A DNA stretch of 64,000 nt from Gnetum montanum (taxonomy: Eukaryota; Plantae; Gnetophyta). Location: NCBI GenBank assembly GCA_015680685.1, contig MNCI01001817.1, positions 904,828 to 968,827 of the forward strand. The letters are read 5' to 3'. A program made the position numbers and the translations under genes. Below, in pieces: positions 1-14,100 of this stretch (positions within the stretch are counted from its first letter, which is position 1; the number at the start of each line of letters is the position of its first letter). Below the pieces are notes generated by a model. The model had not been told where the DNA came from, ran no database searches, and worked only from the letters and a program-made list of their open reading frames with translations.

Positions 1-309
1 TTTGTGTCCTTTTAGTAGGGTTTTTAGAGAGCTTTAGGTTTTTTGGAATTAATTTCACCTATGATAACTAGTGTGTAGAAGGTAATTATTTTTTTCATGG
101 TTGTGTAGATACTAAGGCACTTTTTGACAATCATACGACCATTGCAAACTTTGTTATTCTTGTGTTAAGGTTGTTTCGATTATTAGGGTTTTACTTGTGT
201 CATTTCAACACTCAAAACATAGTTTTAGCTTATTTGTGAAAGAAGGAAATAAGGAGAGATAATATCCAAAATCCATTAGGGTTAAACAATTTATAATTTG
301 AAATTTTGT

Positions 310-437
310 AAGACTTAGGACTCATCAATTATTTGATATTTCATAATACTTAGGGGTCATCAACTATTTAACATTATATGAGACTATGGGCTTATTAACT
401 ATTTGGCAAATAGGAGACTTGGGGATCCTCAACATTG
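310..437 (+). repeat. Degenerate tandem repeat, 4 x ~35 bp (agacttrgggntcatcaactattt)
   Basis: Units start near 311, 346, 381 and 415. Confidence 0.6.
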
Positions 438-1471
438 AAGAATTTGACATATGATTTATATGTTTCACCATCATCCCAAGTTTTGATTGAAATATTGGTT
501 TGTTTTCTAATGTTTTTTGTTTAAATTGGGTAGATTAGCTATTTCACTATTAACTTAGTTTTATTTGTTTGATTTGGTAGAGCTAGCATGGAGGAAGTGA
601 TTAGTTGATTTTAAAGGAACCTTGAGACATTAGTGAAATATTCGCTCTTTGTAGTAGTGAAGCTCATATCATGTTGGCCTTTAATGAATTTTACATGGAG
701 TGATTACAAAAGAAGACCTTTATCTCCTTGATCTTGGATAATGACAAAAACTAAGGTGGCTTGATAGCCTTAGTATTAGATTTAAGAAACATTAAATAGG
801 TCATACAAGCATATTTTGTTTGATTTTGGCTTTGGGTAAATCTTTTTTGCACAAAAAGTATACATCTTAACTATCTTATTTGGACAATGAGCAATGAAGC
901 ATTCAGGTAACAGCTACAATGTCATTGTCATAGCTATGATGTTGTATATTTTCATATGACATTCTTTATATGATGTATCTAAGGTTGGTAAAGTTTGTAA
1001 ATACCATCCACCTATCACATAAAATGCATCTTTCCATCATAGTTATAGCCAAACTCTTGTAATTTTGTATTGTGACATAAAGAATAGTTAGCGAGTGCCT
1101 ATAACATGAATTCAAGTTAATTATATAGAGTCTTATTTGAGTGGAATGTACCTAAACACCATCTAGAATTGATAATATGATCAAGATTAATTCCCATTCA
1201 TTGTAGGAATCTAATAGAGCTTAATAGTTCCTTAATTGTAATTTAATTTTCCTTATTTATTTACTTCCTACATACATAGTTAATCATTTCCATTTTCATC
1301 CATGGTAATTATGCAAAATTAGATTGACCAATTTTAAGCATAAACTCATTGTTGTTTTGTAATCCCAATAGTGTGCTACTTGGTATTGCTAATAATGGAT
1401 ACCTCGTAACCCAATAATGCTAGTAAGAGTTCAGGATGTATATAATAAGTTGGGAATGGATGTCTATTACA

Positions 1472-2554
1472 TGTGAATCAAGAACTTAGAAAGGGGTTAA
1501 ATAAGTTTCCCAATTAAAACAACCAACCAAAAATCACACATAAATTTTAAGTGGTTTCCCAACTTGGGTACCTCCACACTCAGAGAGTAGAATCCTTTCA
1601 CATCTTTGGACTTTATTCCTTAGCAAAATGGGGTTTAGAGGGCATCATAATCTCTACAAAATTTGACCTTTTCTTCGAATTGTTTTGATGCTATGAACAC
1701 ACTCAATCCCACAAGCTCCCAACAAGCTCAAAATATGGTTTCAAGGATCCCACAACCTTTATAAAATGTGAGCTCCACTTTGGAGTATTTTTTCATTGCA
1801 AAACCACTCAATCCTGCAAGATTCCAATAAGCTCAAAAGATGCCTTCTCACAAGAGGCACATGAACCCCATAGGGCTTACAAGAAAGAAGAAAAGAATCA
1901 AGAAAAGAGTTTAACTTAATTTACAAATTGCTTGCAATGAGGCTCTCAAAACATTCAACACAATACAAATGATTGAAACAATGAAAAATAAAGTCAATTC
2001 ACTCAAGGCTTATAATGCTTGATATTCAATGAATAGTGCTTGTACATTTTTGAAGAATTCCACTTTATCTTCTGCCTTTGAGTTTTCAAAAAATCCATGG
2101 AATTTATGCAATAGCTATGAAACGGCTAGCTTGGATGTCTTATTTGAAGTTGAGATGTCTATCTATAATCAACCTTAGTTTAGGAGAGACGCCTACTTGG
2201 AAATGTATATGTCTATCCTTAGATGTCTATCTTAGGAGGTAGATTTATGTTGTCAATTGGATACGTCTACTTTGCAACACCACTTTGAATTTTGGATCAT
2301 GGCTCTAGTACTTTAGCATCTCGGTAGTCCTCAAAACATCTTCATTTGGCTCATAGACTCTATTTGAATTCTAGCTCTCGTCATGTCTTTACAGCTATCA
2401 TTTTGACATCTTGACATAGCTCTCATTCTAGCTCAGCTCTCCTTTTGAAGTCTTAGCATAATATGTTTCTTCTTGGTCCTACAAGACTACAAGTACAAAC
2501 ATATTTCTACATTCTCCATTTTCTCTAAGGTTTTGACATACCAAAAGATCAAAA
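1472..2554 (-). repeat. 3' LTR of the Sirevirus-like element
   Basis: Aligns along its length with 6723-7781; adjacent PPT (atcttcccctttt on +). Confidence 0.92.
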
Positions 2555-2869
2555 ATCTTCCCCTTTTGGGTGATGTCCAAAACTTAAGAAAATGGGGTTA
2601 GTACATTCCATAATAGATATGACATTAAAAAAATTTAAGACACATATATAAATTCCAATGGCAGTAGGGGATATTACTGGAATAAGGATGTAAAGGCTTA
2701 AATTCATGGGTCCAAATCATAGGAGTTTACAAGGAAAGCTATAGTAACATCATGAGTTGCCCAAAACTGTCCATAATAAATCCATCATATAATATGCAAA
2801 CCAAATGTCCATATAAATTCCAAAAGCATAACCTGTATATCACATACTATTCAAAACAAGTAAAACCAC

Positions 2870-2962
2870 AAGTATCCATACTACTATCCATACATATAAA
2901 TCCAAAATCATACCTATCCATACTATAGTTCATACATATAAACTCTATCCATACATATAAAT
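2870..2962. repeat. Short tandem tatccatac-type repeats in the 3' non-coding region of the Copia element
   Basis: About 5 copies, lying between the two PPT-like tracts. Confidence 0.55.
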
Positions 2963-5199
2963 TCACAAACTCTTCCCTTTTTTGAACAACACCCAAAAGT
3001 TTGGGAACATGATAACGACTAACCTATACATCCTCTATTAAATTCCATAAGATAAACTTGCCACCATATCTACATAAATATTTAGCAAAGGATGAAAACA
3101 TGATGAATATCAGTTAAAGAGTACATATCATTTAGCATAGTTTTCATAGGGCTGATGATGAAAGACCAAAATCCATTAAGAGCTATTCCTTATCTATTCA
3201 CATAACAAGTTAAGATTAGATAATTAATGAGGCACAATTAATCCAATCCTTTCAATTGATATCCTATCATATTTAAAACCAAAGGCTGAATACATAGTCT
3301 AAGCATTGAAGATCATGTAACATGTCTTTGAACCAATAAGTCATTAGTAACATCATATCTCATGATTTCAAATAATTACCTAATATACTCCATTCATTTG
3401 AAGAGCTTAGATTACAAAAAGATCAAAGCTGCATAACCATCCATGTTGAGAGAAGCTAGATAAATATGCACGAAGACTATAAAAGATAAAAATCAAGACA
3501 TACCATATAGTCTTCATCTATTACCAATACTATGTAAAAGCTCATTAATCCTTTCTTAATTCATTCTCCACATTCAAAAGATATAGAAATTCCATGCTAA
3601 GGAGAGTAAATATATGCACAATAAATTATTGAAAAATAGATAAAATCTCACAAGAAGGTCAAAGAACATAACTTATCATGCTACATGTTAAAGATCAGAA
3701 ACAACCAAGCATATCCTTACCAAAAGGTTCATAAACCAATTTAAGATAACCATGTTGAGAGAAAATATTAGTATAGAATATATAGATCTTATCTTTAATT
3801 TATAAGATTACCTTTAAATGCTTTATCAAAAGAGAGCATGAATACCTTTAATTGTTAAATATGCTATTGAAAGTGCTTGAGATCCCTTAGGTGAGTACTT
3901 AACAGCTTATATTTGCAATAAGGACCTTAGATACACCATATAGGATACTCAAAATGATATAGTCTTAGCATACAAAATGTTAAACACGTATAATCAATTT
4001 CTTAACATAGTGCTCAAAAAGTAAATTAATATAACCTTGTAGAGTTTAAGAACTTGCAGCAACAAAAATCATTTTTACGTAAAGATTCTAAAGCTTTGGT
4101 AAAAAAATGTTTACTCTTTTACCTTTGTAACCTTACTAGATATTAGTATGAATATACTCTTCCTTGTTTGTTTCTTGATAAGGATGCTAGAGATTGAGGG
4201 CTTGTACCATTAAAAACATATTCTAGAGAGAATCTTCAAAGAATCCCCCTACAATGATGCTTCCCCTACATATATGTCTCATCTTCTTGAATCATGTTTT
4301 GTAGAAAGAGTGGTAATCTCCCCTTAAGAATTTTAAGATCTTCAAGATTTTTTTTAGCAAGGAATTTCTTTCATAGAAGCAGCAATAATTTTTAACTTTG
4401 GTAATGTATCCATCAGCTAATCAATCGTACTTGAGTCACTTGCCTTTGTAGAGATAAATTTTTAAATCTTACCATAATATGTAAAGTCACACTAAGATCA
4501 AGCATGGAGACTTTTGGTCAAGGGCCTTAACTTCTTCAAATCATCTCACACTCATTAAAAACATAAAGATAGATTTTTGAATATTCATAAAACAACTTTC
4601 AAATCCATTATATACCAATAAATAACAAAATCTAAATCATGGATATGCAAATGTCCCAATATTAGGAAATGATAAATGCTTACCAAACCTTACCTTGGAA
4701 ATAGTTTTGTTGATCATATGCTACAGCTCAGCACCTTGGAAGACCAAGTGATGTTTTCTTTGGCAGCCAAAGAATCCAAAGAGCATATATGCAAAGAATT
4801 TCTTGTCTACTAATATTTATAAATAAAAACTAATTTGAACTAAGTCTAGCAAGCAACAAAATAATGGCTTAACATTACTTACCTTGCTTGCTTTCTAGCA
4901 TGAACATGATTACTGGAGTTTGAGATAAGGTCCTTCATCATAGAGTACTTCCTTACCATGCAACTTTCCTTTTCTTTTATTAGGAATTTTGTATGTATCC
5001 TCAAGCTCATGTGTGATTCTTTCTTTGTCATGTTCATGTTCCTCAAAGTGGAAGGAGTTGTAGGTCCTGATCCCTTAATTTCATCAAAGACTATCCCTTT
5101 CTCTTGTTCATTTGTTCTTCATGCTTTTGTATCTTGCAAGATACACTTATTAGACTCCTCTTGACAAGACCAAGTAGTCATGTTACTTTGCTCTATATA

Positions 5200-6668
5200 T
5201 GGATGATAATACCCTTGTTCATATCCACATACTTTATAGCAAAAATATAAAGTATCTCTAATTTGGAAGGGATTATCAAACCTGATCTTGTATCTTCTTT
5301 TATATGATACTAACTTGAAGAAGAATTCTTTTGGGAGACCTCCTCTTGATTTTCAATTTTCTGTTGATTTTGAGACTTTTCCTCATTTTTACTCCTTGCA
5401 TCTTGTGTATCCCTACACTTTTTCTTATCCAAGTGGGTTAGTAATTGTACCTTAGCTTTTACATCTAAGAGTTCCCTTTTTAAAGTAGAGCATAAAGTAT
5501 AAAGTTCAGAGATTTTTCTATGTAAATTTTTCTTTGCTAGGATAGTGTAGACTAATAATTTCTTCATGTTACCTTTCATCAATTTTACCTTTAGTTTTAT
5601 CAAGGAATTTTATGAAATCTCCATTTTTGAGGGTCCTACATATGAGATGTGAGTCCTTTGTAGTATCATCTACCTCTTCTTGACTTTGATCATCATCCCA
5701 ACTAGTGTAGAAGTTGTTCTTTTTGGACTTAGCTTTTGATTAATCTTTCTTTTAAAACTTGCTAGCACTAGAACATTTGGAGGCCACATGGTCTCTTCCA
5801 TCACAAAGCCAACATTTTATAGAAGATGCATCAATATTTGAATTTTTAAAATTCTTAACTTTTTCTTTACCTTTGGTTCTAGATTCATTTGAGCTTGGTT
5901 GATTAAAGCTTATGCCTTTTCTTGCAAGCACTATTTGAACTCCTCTAAATAGGAGGGCCAGCTCATCTTTGCTATTTTCTCCTTGTTCAGGAGGCTCCTT
6001 CTCCTTTGATGAAGATTTTAGGGTAATGGACTTTTCCTTTATTGCACCTTCACTAATGAGGTTCATCTCATAGAAAATAAGTGCACGTTGAAGTTCTCAA
6101 ATTTTGGTGCAGAAAAATCCCTGATTTCCTCCATGGCTATTACCTTAGGTCAAGTTGCAAGGTTCTTATCATGTTTACGATGAGATCACTTTTGAGGAAA
6201 ATATTACTAGTAGCTCTAATTGCTACAACAAGATCATTTTACCTAGAGAAGTAGTCTTTAATGTTTTCTCATTCTCTCATTTTCAATTTATCATATTCAC
6301 TTTGCAACACTAGAAGTTTTGATTATTTTACAATTGATGTACCTTCATAGGTTGCTTCTAATGTTTTGTAGATTTCTTTAGTAGTCTTACATCTAGCTAC
6401 TCTATTAAATTAAAATTTGCTAAAAGCACAATAAAGATAATTCTTTGCTTTAGAATCAAACATGAACTTAGCTCTTTTATTTTGCATGCATTTACTTCTT
6501 AGCTTGGTAGATGATGTGCTGCTATCAATGGATGGTTCATAATGTTCAAAATATATTCCTAGACTTTGAATTCCATGGATTCAAAGAATCCTTGCATTCT
6601 TACTTTTCAATACATGAAATCGAACTCATCAAAGATTGATGGCTTAGTATAGCATGTTGCTTCCATTA
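5200..6668 (-). pseudogene. Copia gag remnant with zinc knuckle(s)
   Basis: Translates as KPSIFDEFDFMY*KVRMQGFFES (N-terminal PxxFDG..Y..WK.RM motif). ORF 5752-6066 has CWLCDGRDHVASKC; ORF 5310-5603 is coiled-coil-like. Stops and frameshifts are present. Confidence 0.85.
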
Positions 6669-6722
6669 TTCACTCTTAAGATGTGAAGCACAATCTTGAG
6701 AGTACTAGGCTTTGCTACCACT

Positions 6723-7781
6723 TGTTGATCAAGAACCTAGAAGGGAGGTTGAATAAGTTCCCCAATCAAAACAACCAAATCAACTTGAAACCACACATAA
6801 TTTTTATGTGATTTCCCAACTTGGGTACCTACACATTCAAAGGGTAGAATCCTTGCACACTTTCAAACTTTATTCCTTAGAAAAATGTGGTTTATATAGC
6901 ATCACAATCTTTACAAAATTTGAGCTTTGCTTTGGAGTGTTTCATTGATGTGAACACACTCAATTCCAGAAGGTCCCAACAAGTTCAAAATGTGGTTTCA
7001 AAGATCCCATAACTTGTACAAAATGTGAGGTCTACTCTAAAGTATTTTGTTAGTCCAAAATCACTCAAACTCATAAGATCCCAACAAACTCATAAGATGC
7101 CTTCTCGCAAGAAGCACCACATCAAGTTCGCAGGGCTTACAAGAAAGAAGAAATAAATTAAGGAAATAGTGTAACTCAATTTACAAATTCCTTATAATGA
7201 AGGCTCTCAAAACATTTAACACAATACAAATGATTGGAATAATAAAGAAAAAATTCATTTTACTTGAGGCTTATAGTGCTTGACATTCCCAAGAATTCCA
7301 CTTTTCTTATATCCTTTGAGTTTCCAAAAACTCCATGGAATTCATGCAATGGCTAGCTTGGATGTCTACTTTGAAGTTTATATTTCTATATGTAATCAAC
7401 CTTAGTTCATGAGAGACATCTACCTAGAAATGTAGATGTCTATACTTAGGTATCTATCTTAGGAGGTAGAAATCTATTGTCAATTAGAGATGGCTACTCT
7501 TCAAGGCCACTTTGAATTTTGAATCATTGCTTTAGCATTTCAACATCTCGGTAGTCCTTGAAACATCTTCATTTGGCTCATAGAATCTATTTGAATTCTA
7601 GCTCTCATCATTTCTTCTTAGCTCTCATTTTGACCTCTTGGCATAGCTCTTGTTCTAGCTCAGCTTTCCTTTTGAAGAGTTGGTATGATATGTTTCATCT
7701 TGATCTTGCAAGACTACAAGTATAAACACATTTCTACATTCTCCATTTTCTCTAAGGTTTTGACATACTAAAGGGTCAACA
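6723..7781 (-). repeat. 5' LTR of the Sirevirus-like element
   Basis: TGTTGA...TCAACA termini; PBS (minus strand tggtagcaaagc, like TGGTATCAGAGC) immediately internal. Confidence 0.92.
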
Positions 7782-8072
7782 TTACATAGGCTAGATTAGA
7801 TTTACTTTCCATAATTAGATTAGTTTAGAATTAATTTTAATAATTTAATAATACTTTCATCATGGCCAAAGTAACATCGAGATCATATGTCTCAATTACA
7901 CTTGACCATATGAATTAAGACTAACACAAGTATAATTAGGAAGATAGTGACATGTAATCATGTTTAACTTTCTAGATACCATGCTATTTCAGTCCATGGA
8001 TTATGATCAAGTCACTTGTGTAGACTTGTAATTTGTATGATTGAATATTAGGTATATTTTACCACTCATCAT

Positions 8073-8090
8073 TAGTGCCATTGCTAGGAA
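8073..8090 (+). promoter_or_regulatory. Degenerate Athila-type PBS
   Basis: tagtgccattgctaggaa resembles TGGCGCCGTTGCCGGGGA with CpG-type transitions, directly after the LTR end. Confidence 0.6.
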
Positions 8091-9024
8091 CTAGGGCTAG
8101 TTATCTAGATCAATAAGATTATAGACAATCATTGTTAAGAAGTTAAGGATTTAATGTGTAGAAAATAATATTATTTTATTTAGACACACATGATAATTTA
8201 GAATATGTTCTTTTCATAAATCCAATTTTTCACTTGTTGATGATTCTATGAGGGGATGTAATAAAATAACCAAAAGTAGGGATGTTGTGACTTTCCAAGT
8301 CAAAATAGTCTACCAACATCTAAATTGTTATTATTTAGATTTTTATTTAACATTCAATACGATGAGTAGATGAGATGGAAAGAATTGAAAGGTAATGCTA
8401 TATTACCATCCAATCACTTGAATTCATAAATGCTCATGATAACATTGATGAGAGCTAAACTAGAAGTAGCTACTATTGACTAAAAAGTGGTTGATGAGCA
8501 CCAAAACCCCCCTTTCTTCAATGTAGATGACATGAAAAACTTATGGCTATGTTTAACATTGGCAAGTAACTAAGAAAAGAGGATTATGTGATTCAATACA
8601 AGAAGGACCTTTAGGCCTAGATCTTCTAGTAGTTCACCTAGAGAGAACCAAAGGGATCATGGAAGAAGAACAAGCTTGCATGATTTTCCTAGTTTTCCAT
8701 CATCCTCATCCTTTGTTTGACAAGGATGAGCATGAAATAGGAAGAAGGAGCAATGATAGATAATCTAGTGGAGATGGCAAAAGAGATCATAACCAAGATG
8801 GAGGAAAGGATGATAGATGAGATAGAGACAAAGAATAAGATAGAGGATACCTGAATGAAAGAAGGCATAGGAAATAACATAAAAAGGCCATGATTATACG
8901 ATAAACCGTGATAAGTGTGGTGATTATGATGAACCTATTCTAACGACAAGAAGCATGATTAACATAAGGAATATTATCTACATTCCAAATAGACATTAAA
9001 GGGTCTACCAAATCAAATAGCTAA

Positions 9025-9500
9025 ACATGAATGAGATCCCTAAGTTTGAAGGAGACTTTAATGCTAATCAAAAATATTACTTGTAAGCATTTAATAATGT
9101 TCGTGCCTTGAAAAATATTGAAAATGATTAGTAGAAGCTCAAGCTATTTCATTGAATACTTATCAAAGAAGTAGAGAGCTAGTACCAATCCCTAGAATCA
9201 AAATATATCAAAATATTGAGTACGGTATTGGAGTTGTTCAATAAGTAGTATTAAATATACTCCAAATTATCCAACTTGAGAAATAAAACTTAAGCATGAA
9301 AACATGATAATCATGAATTCCTTGATGCAGTCCTTGATAGATATTATTTCTTCTTACATAGGTGTCTTGGACAAGGATTTTCTCAAAGCGAGTAGTTAGA
9401 GCACACCATAGATGGACTCACAAATAAAATAAGAGAGACTCTTGGAGTTTATACTTAAGGGAGATGCTTAGAAATGAAGGTTCATTGGATCTAAAGGTTG
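9025..9500 (+). pseudogene. Athila-like gag (Retrotrans_gag) remnant
   Basis: IPKFEGD...YL*AFNNV...KLKLFH*ILIKEVES*YQSLESK resembles LPxFxG..HL..F...KLKLFPFSL...A..W..SL. Confidence 0.7.
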
Positions 9501-9829
9501 ATTAATTAGGTTGTAAAAGATGAGGAAGTGTTAAATAAGAGGAAAAGCACACAAGAATATAACATAAATCCATTGATTCATAAAAGGAATGTATGTGCTT
9601 TTAATAGAAGGAAGGAAGAAGGTCCCATGGAGGAGGTGATCCAGAAAAAGACTTTACCAATTCAAGAAGTAGTTTTAAACATTATAGTAAACATGGAAAA
9701 ATGTAGAATTTAGTGGATGAAAAATTCAAAACTACATTTAAAATAGTGAAGGAGAAAATGGAGTAGGCCCATGCATGAGACATAAAATGGAAAAAGAAGA
9801 GAGAAGTAGGGAAGTACATATACAACTTG

Positions 9830-10437
9830 ATTTCTGCTTCATGGACTATAGAGATTTCATCAGGAATACTTCTTTAGGTAGGATCTATAGTTTGTTGTAA
9901 TGTAGCATTAATATGGACCTTAGTTTTCATAATGTTTTCTAATTAATCTCCTTTTAGAAGCTCTCCTACTTTCTATAATATCTTTTAAACATATCCTGGT
10001 TACAAGCATCATTGTTTCAGGTTCCAATTTTAACTATGGATATATGCTATAATGCATGGATTTCTATCATGGATAAGTTCCAATGTTTCCTTGCTAACCT
10101 CTTAATATTTGTATCTACCTTAAAAATTTCCTCTCAAAGGTGGCTTAACTTAATCTCAAGTTGTTCCTTTTCCTATGCTACTTGTATTAGCCTTTGGTTC
10201 TCCATTGCTACTCCCTTGTTATCTTCCTATATCATAGTCATGTTTTTTGTAAGACATAAATCTTAACATTAGTGGTAGATGCATCACATATGGCCTTCTT
10301 CCATTCCATTTCCAATTAACATTGCATTATGGTTAAGCATTAAACTTCTGTAGTTCTAAAGTTACTAAGCAATTATGTTGTTACAAACATAGCTCAATCC
10401 TATAATTGAGTATGAAGTTGGGGTGACATCCTGTTCC
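9830..10437 (-). pseudogene. Coiled-coil accessory ORF remnant, homolog of 54500-55980
   Basis: KAICDASTTNVKIYVLQK/MTMI*EDNKGVAMENQRL aligns with KVVWDASVVEAQTYAQAKALTIL*EENK*LAIDNAHL. Confidence 0.6.
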
Positions 10438-10604
10438 TGAATGTCATAAAAATACTATTGCTTAATTTATTGCTTTCATTATTTTCTTAGATAATATAAT
10501 GGAACCATCATAATACTTAATAAATTAATTAATTGGTAACTAAATAATTGGTAGTTTGAAATAAAAAGAGGAAAACAAAAAAATTTATTAATAGAAGAGA
10601 GTAC

Positions 10605-10974
10605 TGTAGTGCCCTTTGGGTTATCTTCCTATGTTACTTAAGCCTTAGAGGCAATCTGGCACCACCGCCACAATTAGGCTATCCTACCAAAGGGGTGATT
10701 AATTCCTTCTTTTCTCACTTCACTCAACTCTTATCACTTGCTTATTCTAGCTCCACAACTCCATGCCAGCACAACCTCTAAACCTAGCTTTAAATGACAT
10801 AGGTCAAACCATTTCCCAAGGGATACATGAATAATTGTAACTCCTCATAATGAGGGGTCCATTTATTTTAAGGTTAATTACATTGTTACAATTGTTTCCN
10901 GGGGGTCCATTTATTTTAAGGTTAATTACATTGTTACAATTGTTTCCATCCTTAATAAAGGATGAGACATTACA
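10605..10974 (-). repeat. 3' LTR of the chromovirus (contains assembly N at 10900)
   Basis: TG...CA termini; adjacent PPT aaggggggtagat on the minus strand; minus-strand end gggcactaca is chromovirus-like. Confidence 0.7.
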
Positions 10975-11179
10975 ATCTACCCCCCTTAGACATCTAGCTC
11001 ATCCTTGAGTGCTTCCTCTATATCTAGCTACTTAGTTGTTGCTTTATCATTATGTTCCTTTGCTTCAGTTGCTTTATTTTCGTCATTATCATCTATACAA
11101 ATAGAAGATCAGAAACTATAAAACATAATTTATTACATCCATAATAAATAAAATTTATCATTCAATATCATTATGATCA

Positions 11180-14100
11180 AAAAGTTGGGGGTAAGTATTA
11201 AAAATAAACTCTATATTTTCCTAAGTCTACTAATCAAAATTTGACCATTGAACAAGTACTTAGTTGATAGTTTTATTTCATAATTTCATAATTCATTGGT
11301 TCTTAATTACAATGGGTCTAACTTTAAAGCTGCTATTCGATCACAATGGCAAAGTATTCCAGTCTAGCACATATGGTACATCATTTTCATGAAATTTCTT
11401 TAGCAAGCTTACATGGAAAACTGGATGAATTTTTAAGGTTTCTAAAAGATTTAATTGATATGCTACTTCATTAATTCTTTCAGAGATTTCAAAGGGTCCA
11501 CAAAATATGGATGCCAATTTAGTATATTTTCCAAGTTTAAGAGAACTTATGGTAGGTTTTACTCTCAGTAGTACTTGATCTCCTACCTGGAATTCTTTTT
11601 TAAGTCGATGTTGATATGCATATCCTTTATATTTATCCTGGGAAGCTTGTAAATCTTGTTTAACTCCTATGATAATTTTTTCCATTATTTTCATTTCTTT
11701 TTTCTTCCATTCTGTTCTTAAGGTTAGATCCGCCCAGGTTAGTGGTATACAACAATTATGTCTATACACTACTTCAAATGGTGTTCGATGTATGGAACCT
11801 TGATAATTGTTATTATATGAAAATTATACCAGGTGCAAATAATTCTCCCATGTTTTTGGTCTACTCCCAACATCGCTTTGTAGAATATCTTCTAATATTT
11901 TATTCACATGTTTGGTTTGCCCATTAGTCTCAGGATGGTAAGTTGTACTAAATTTCAATTGGGTTCCAATCTCTATGATGAAATTTTTAAAGAACTCAGA
12001 TATGAATTTGGGGATTTTTATTCAAGGTGATATATTTTGGACAACATGCAATCAAAATACTTCACGTATGAATTTTTGGGCTACTGCTTCTGTTGTGTTT
12101 ATAGATTTCAAAGCTATAAAATGTACCATCTTTGATAGATGATCAATCACTACCAAAATTGAGTCATTTTCATTTTTGGTTATTGGCAATCCCACAATGA
12201 AATCCATGGTGACATCTTCCCATTTCTAGGTTGGGACTTCCATAGGTTGTAATAACCCACTGGGTTTTCTCTATTTAGCATTTATTGTTTAGCATGTTGG
12301 ATAATCTTTAATGTATGAAGACACATCATTCTTCATTCTAGGCCAAAAATAAGATTTGTGTATCATCATATAAGTCTTAATATAACTCGAGTGTCTTGTG
12401 TATGGTACTTCATGTGCTTCACACAACAACCTTAGTCTCCAATTTCCTTATGGTATGCACACTCTCTATCCTTTCATTAATAAACCATTAGAGGTAAGTT
12501 GATATTGAGGCTCAAAGGAAATATTAGTTAAAATCTTCTTAAAATAAGGATCTTCTTTTATTTGTTCCTTGATTTCTTCTTCCATAGGGGTTGTTACCAC
12601 ACCTATCATTAAGTTCCACATTTGACTAAGGGCATTGATTGCCACATTTTTCTTACTAGGAATATATTTAATTTTAAAATCATATTTAGCCAATAATTCT
12701 ACCCATATCCTTTGACAAGTATTCAAAATAGGCTATCTCTACAAATATTCTAAACTTTTATGATTTGTTTTTAGTACAAACCTTTTTCCACAAAGATAAT
12801 GTCTCCAAACTTTCAAAGCATGAACAATTGCTAACAATTCTAAATCATGGGTTGAGTAATTTACCTCATCTCATAATTTACGAGATTCATAACATACCAC
12901 TTTATCTTCTTGTGAAAGAATTGCACTGATTCCTATTCCATATGCATTTGTGGATACTTCAAATGGTAATTCTTCATATGAAATTCTCAAAATAGGTGTT
13001 GTTCTGAGTAGCATCTTTATTCTAAGGAAAGCTTCCCTTCATTTTTCATCAAACTTAAACACACATTTCTCCTACAAAAGGTTAGTTAATGGGGCTACCA
13101 AGGTAGAATAATCTTTAATGAAATGTCAATAAAAACCAACTAAACCCAAGAAGTTGTGAATTACTGTAACATCTTTTAATTTAGGCTAGTCTTGGATCAC
13201 ACTAATTTTTACTAGATCTACTTGTAATCCTTTCTTAGAAACTATATGACCCAAGTATGAAACTTCTTCTTTAAAGCGTTCACATTTACTCAATTTAGCT
13301 TTTAACTGATTCTCTTTAAGAATTTCCATTGTAATTTTTAAATGTCTAACATGTTCTTCTCTTGACTTAGAAAAAACAATTGTATCATCCCTAAATACTA
13401 TAAAAAATTGATCAAGATATTCACGAAAAATATTATTCAGTAATTCTATGAATGTTCTAGGTGCATTAGTTAATCCAAACAGCCTCACAACAAATTCATA
13501 TAATCGATACCTAGTTTTGAAAGCAGTGTTTTCAATATCTTTCTCCTTGATCCTTATTTGGTGATAACCTAATTTTAAATCAATCTTTAAAAAATAACAT
13601 GCATCCGTAAGTTGATCAAACAAATCATCGATCCTAGGCAAAGGATAAGTATTTTTAATCATCACTTTATTCAATGCTCTATAATCGATGCATAATCTTA
13701 GCATACCATCTTTCTTTTTAATGAATAAGACTAGTGCCCCCCCAAGGTGATATGCTAGGTCAAATTTTTCCTTCGTCCAATAATTGGTCTAATTGTACTT
13801 TCAATTCTCTTAATTCAAAAGTAGAAAATCTATAAGGGGCTTTTGAAACTAGTTGTATATCAAGAAAAATATCAATAGCATGCTCAACGGTTCTTTTTGG
13901 AGATAGTTTTGTGGTTTCACCAAATACTAAATCTTTATATGCCTTGAGTTCTTTTGGAATCTTAGTACCTAAAGATCTCTGAGGTTGGGTTACTTTGACA
14001 ACCAACATCGTAGCATCTTTTTTGTCTAATCTTTTGGCTTGCTTAATTGTTATCATATGAATTTGCCTTGCTGTTCCTATTCCCCTTAGAACCCTGACTC

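Larger units (their letters stand above)
1472..7781 (-). mobile_element. Sirevirus-like Ty1/Copia element with both LTRs and TSD, probably non-autonomous
   Basis: Direct repeats 1472-2554 and 6723-7781 (TGTTGA...TCAACA); perfect TSD TTACA at 1467-1471 and 7782-7786; degenerate tRNA-iMet PBS at ~6705-6720; PPTs at 2555-2567 and ~2970; Copia gag on the minus strand. Confidence 0.92.
880..8071 (+). mobile_element. Athila-like 5' LTR (~880 bp net), split by the Copia insertion at 1472-7781
   Basis: Ends ...accactcatca (8071), like the LTR ends at 57138 and 58320, and is followed by a degenerate Athila PBS. Sequence on both sides of the insertion resembles LTRs 56261-57138 and 57510-58320. The start is estimated from homolog length. 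Confidence 0.6.

Noticed and set aside
8689-8880. Hydrophobic short ORFs here and elsewhere (e.g. 27207-27530, 32769-32975, 43515-43781)
   Set aside because: They are antisense shadows of purine-rich coding remnants, or T-rich introns and LTR sequence; there is no independent support.
10270-10300. Minus-strand ICDAS as an RNase H motif
   Set aside because: The flanks align with the coiled-coil accessory ORF, not RNase H.
10853-10948. ~47-bp tandem duplication around the N at 10900
   Set aside because: Near-identical copies flank a single N, so this is most likely an unmerged contig overlap.
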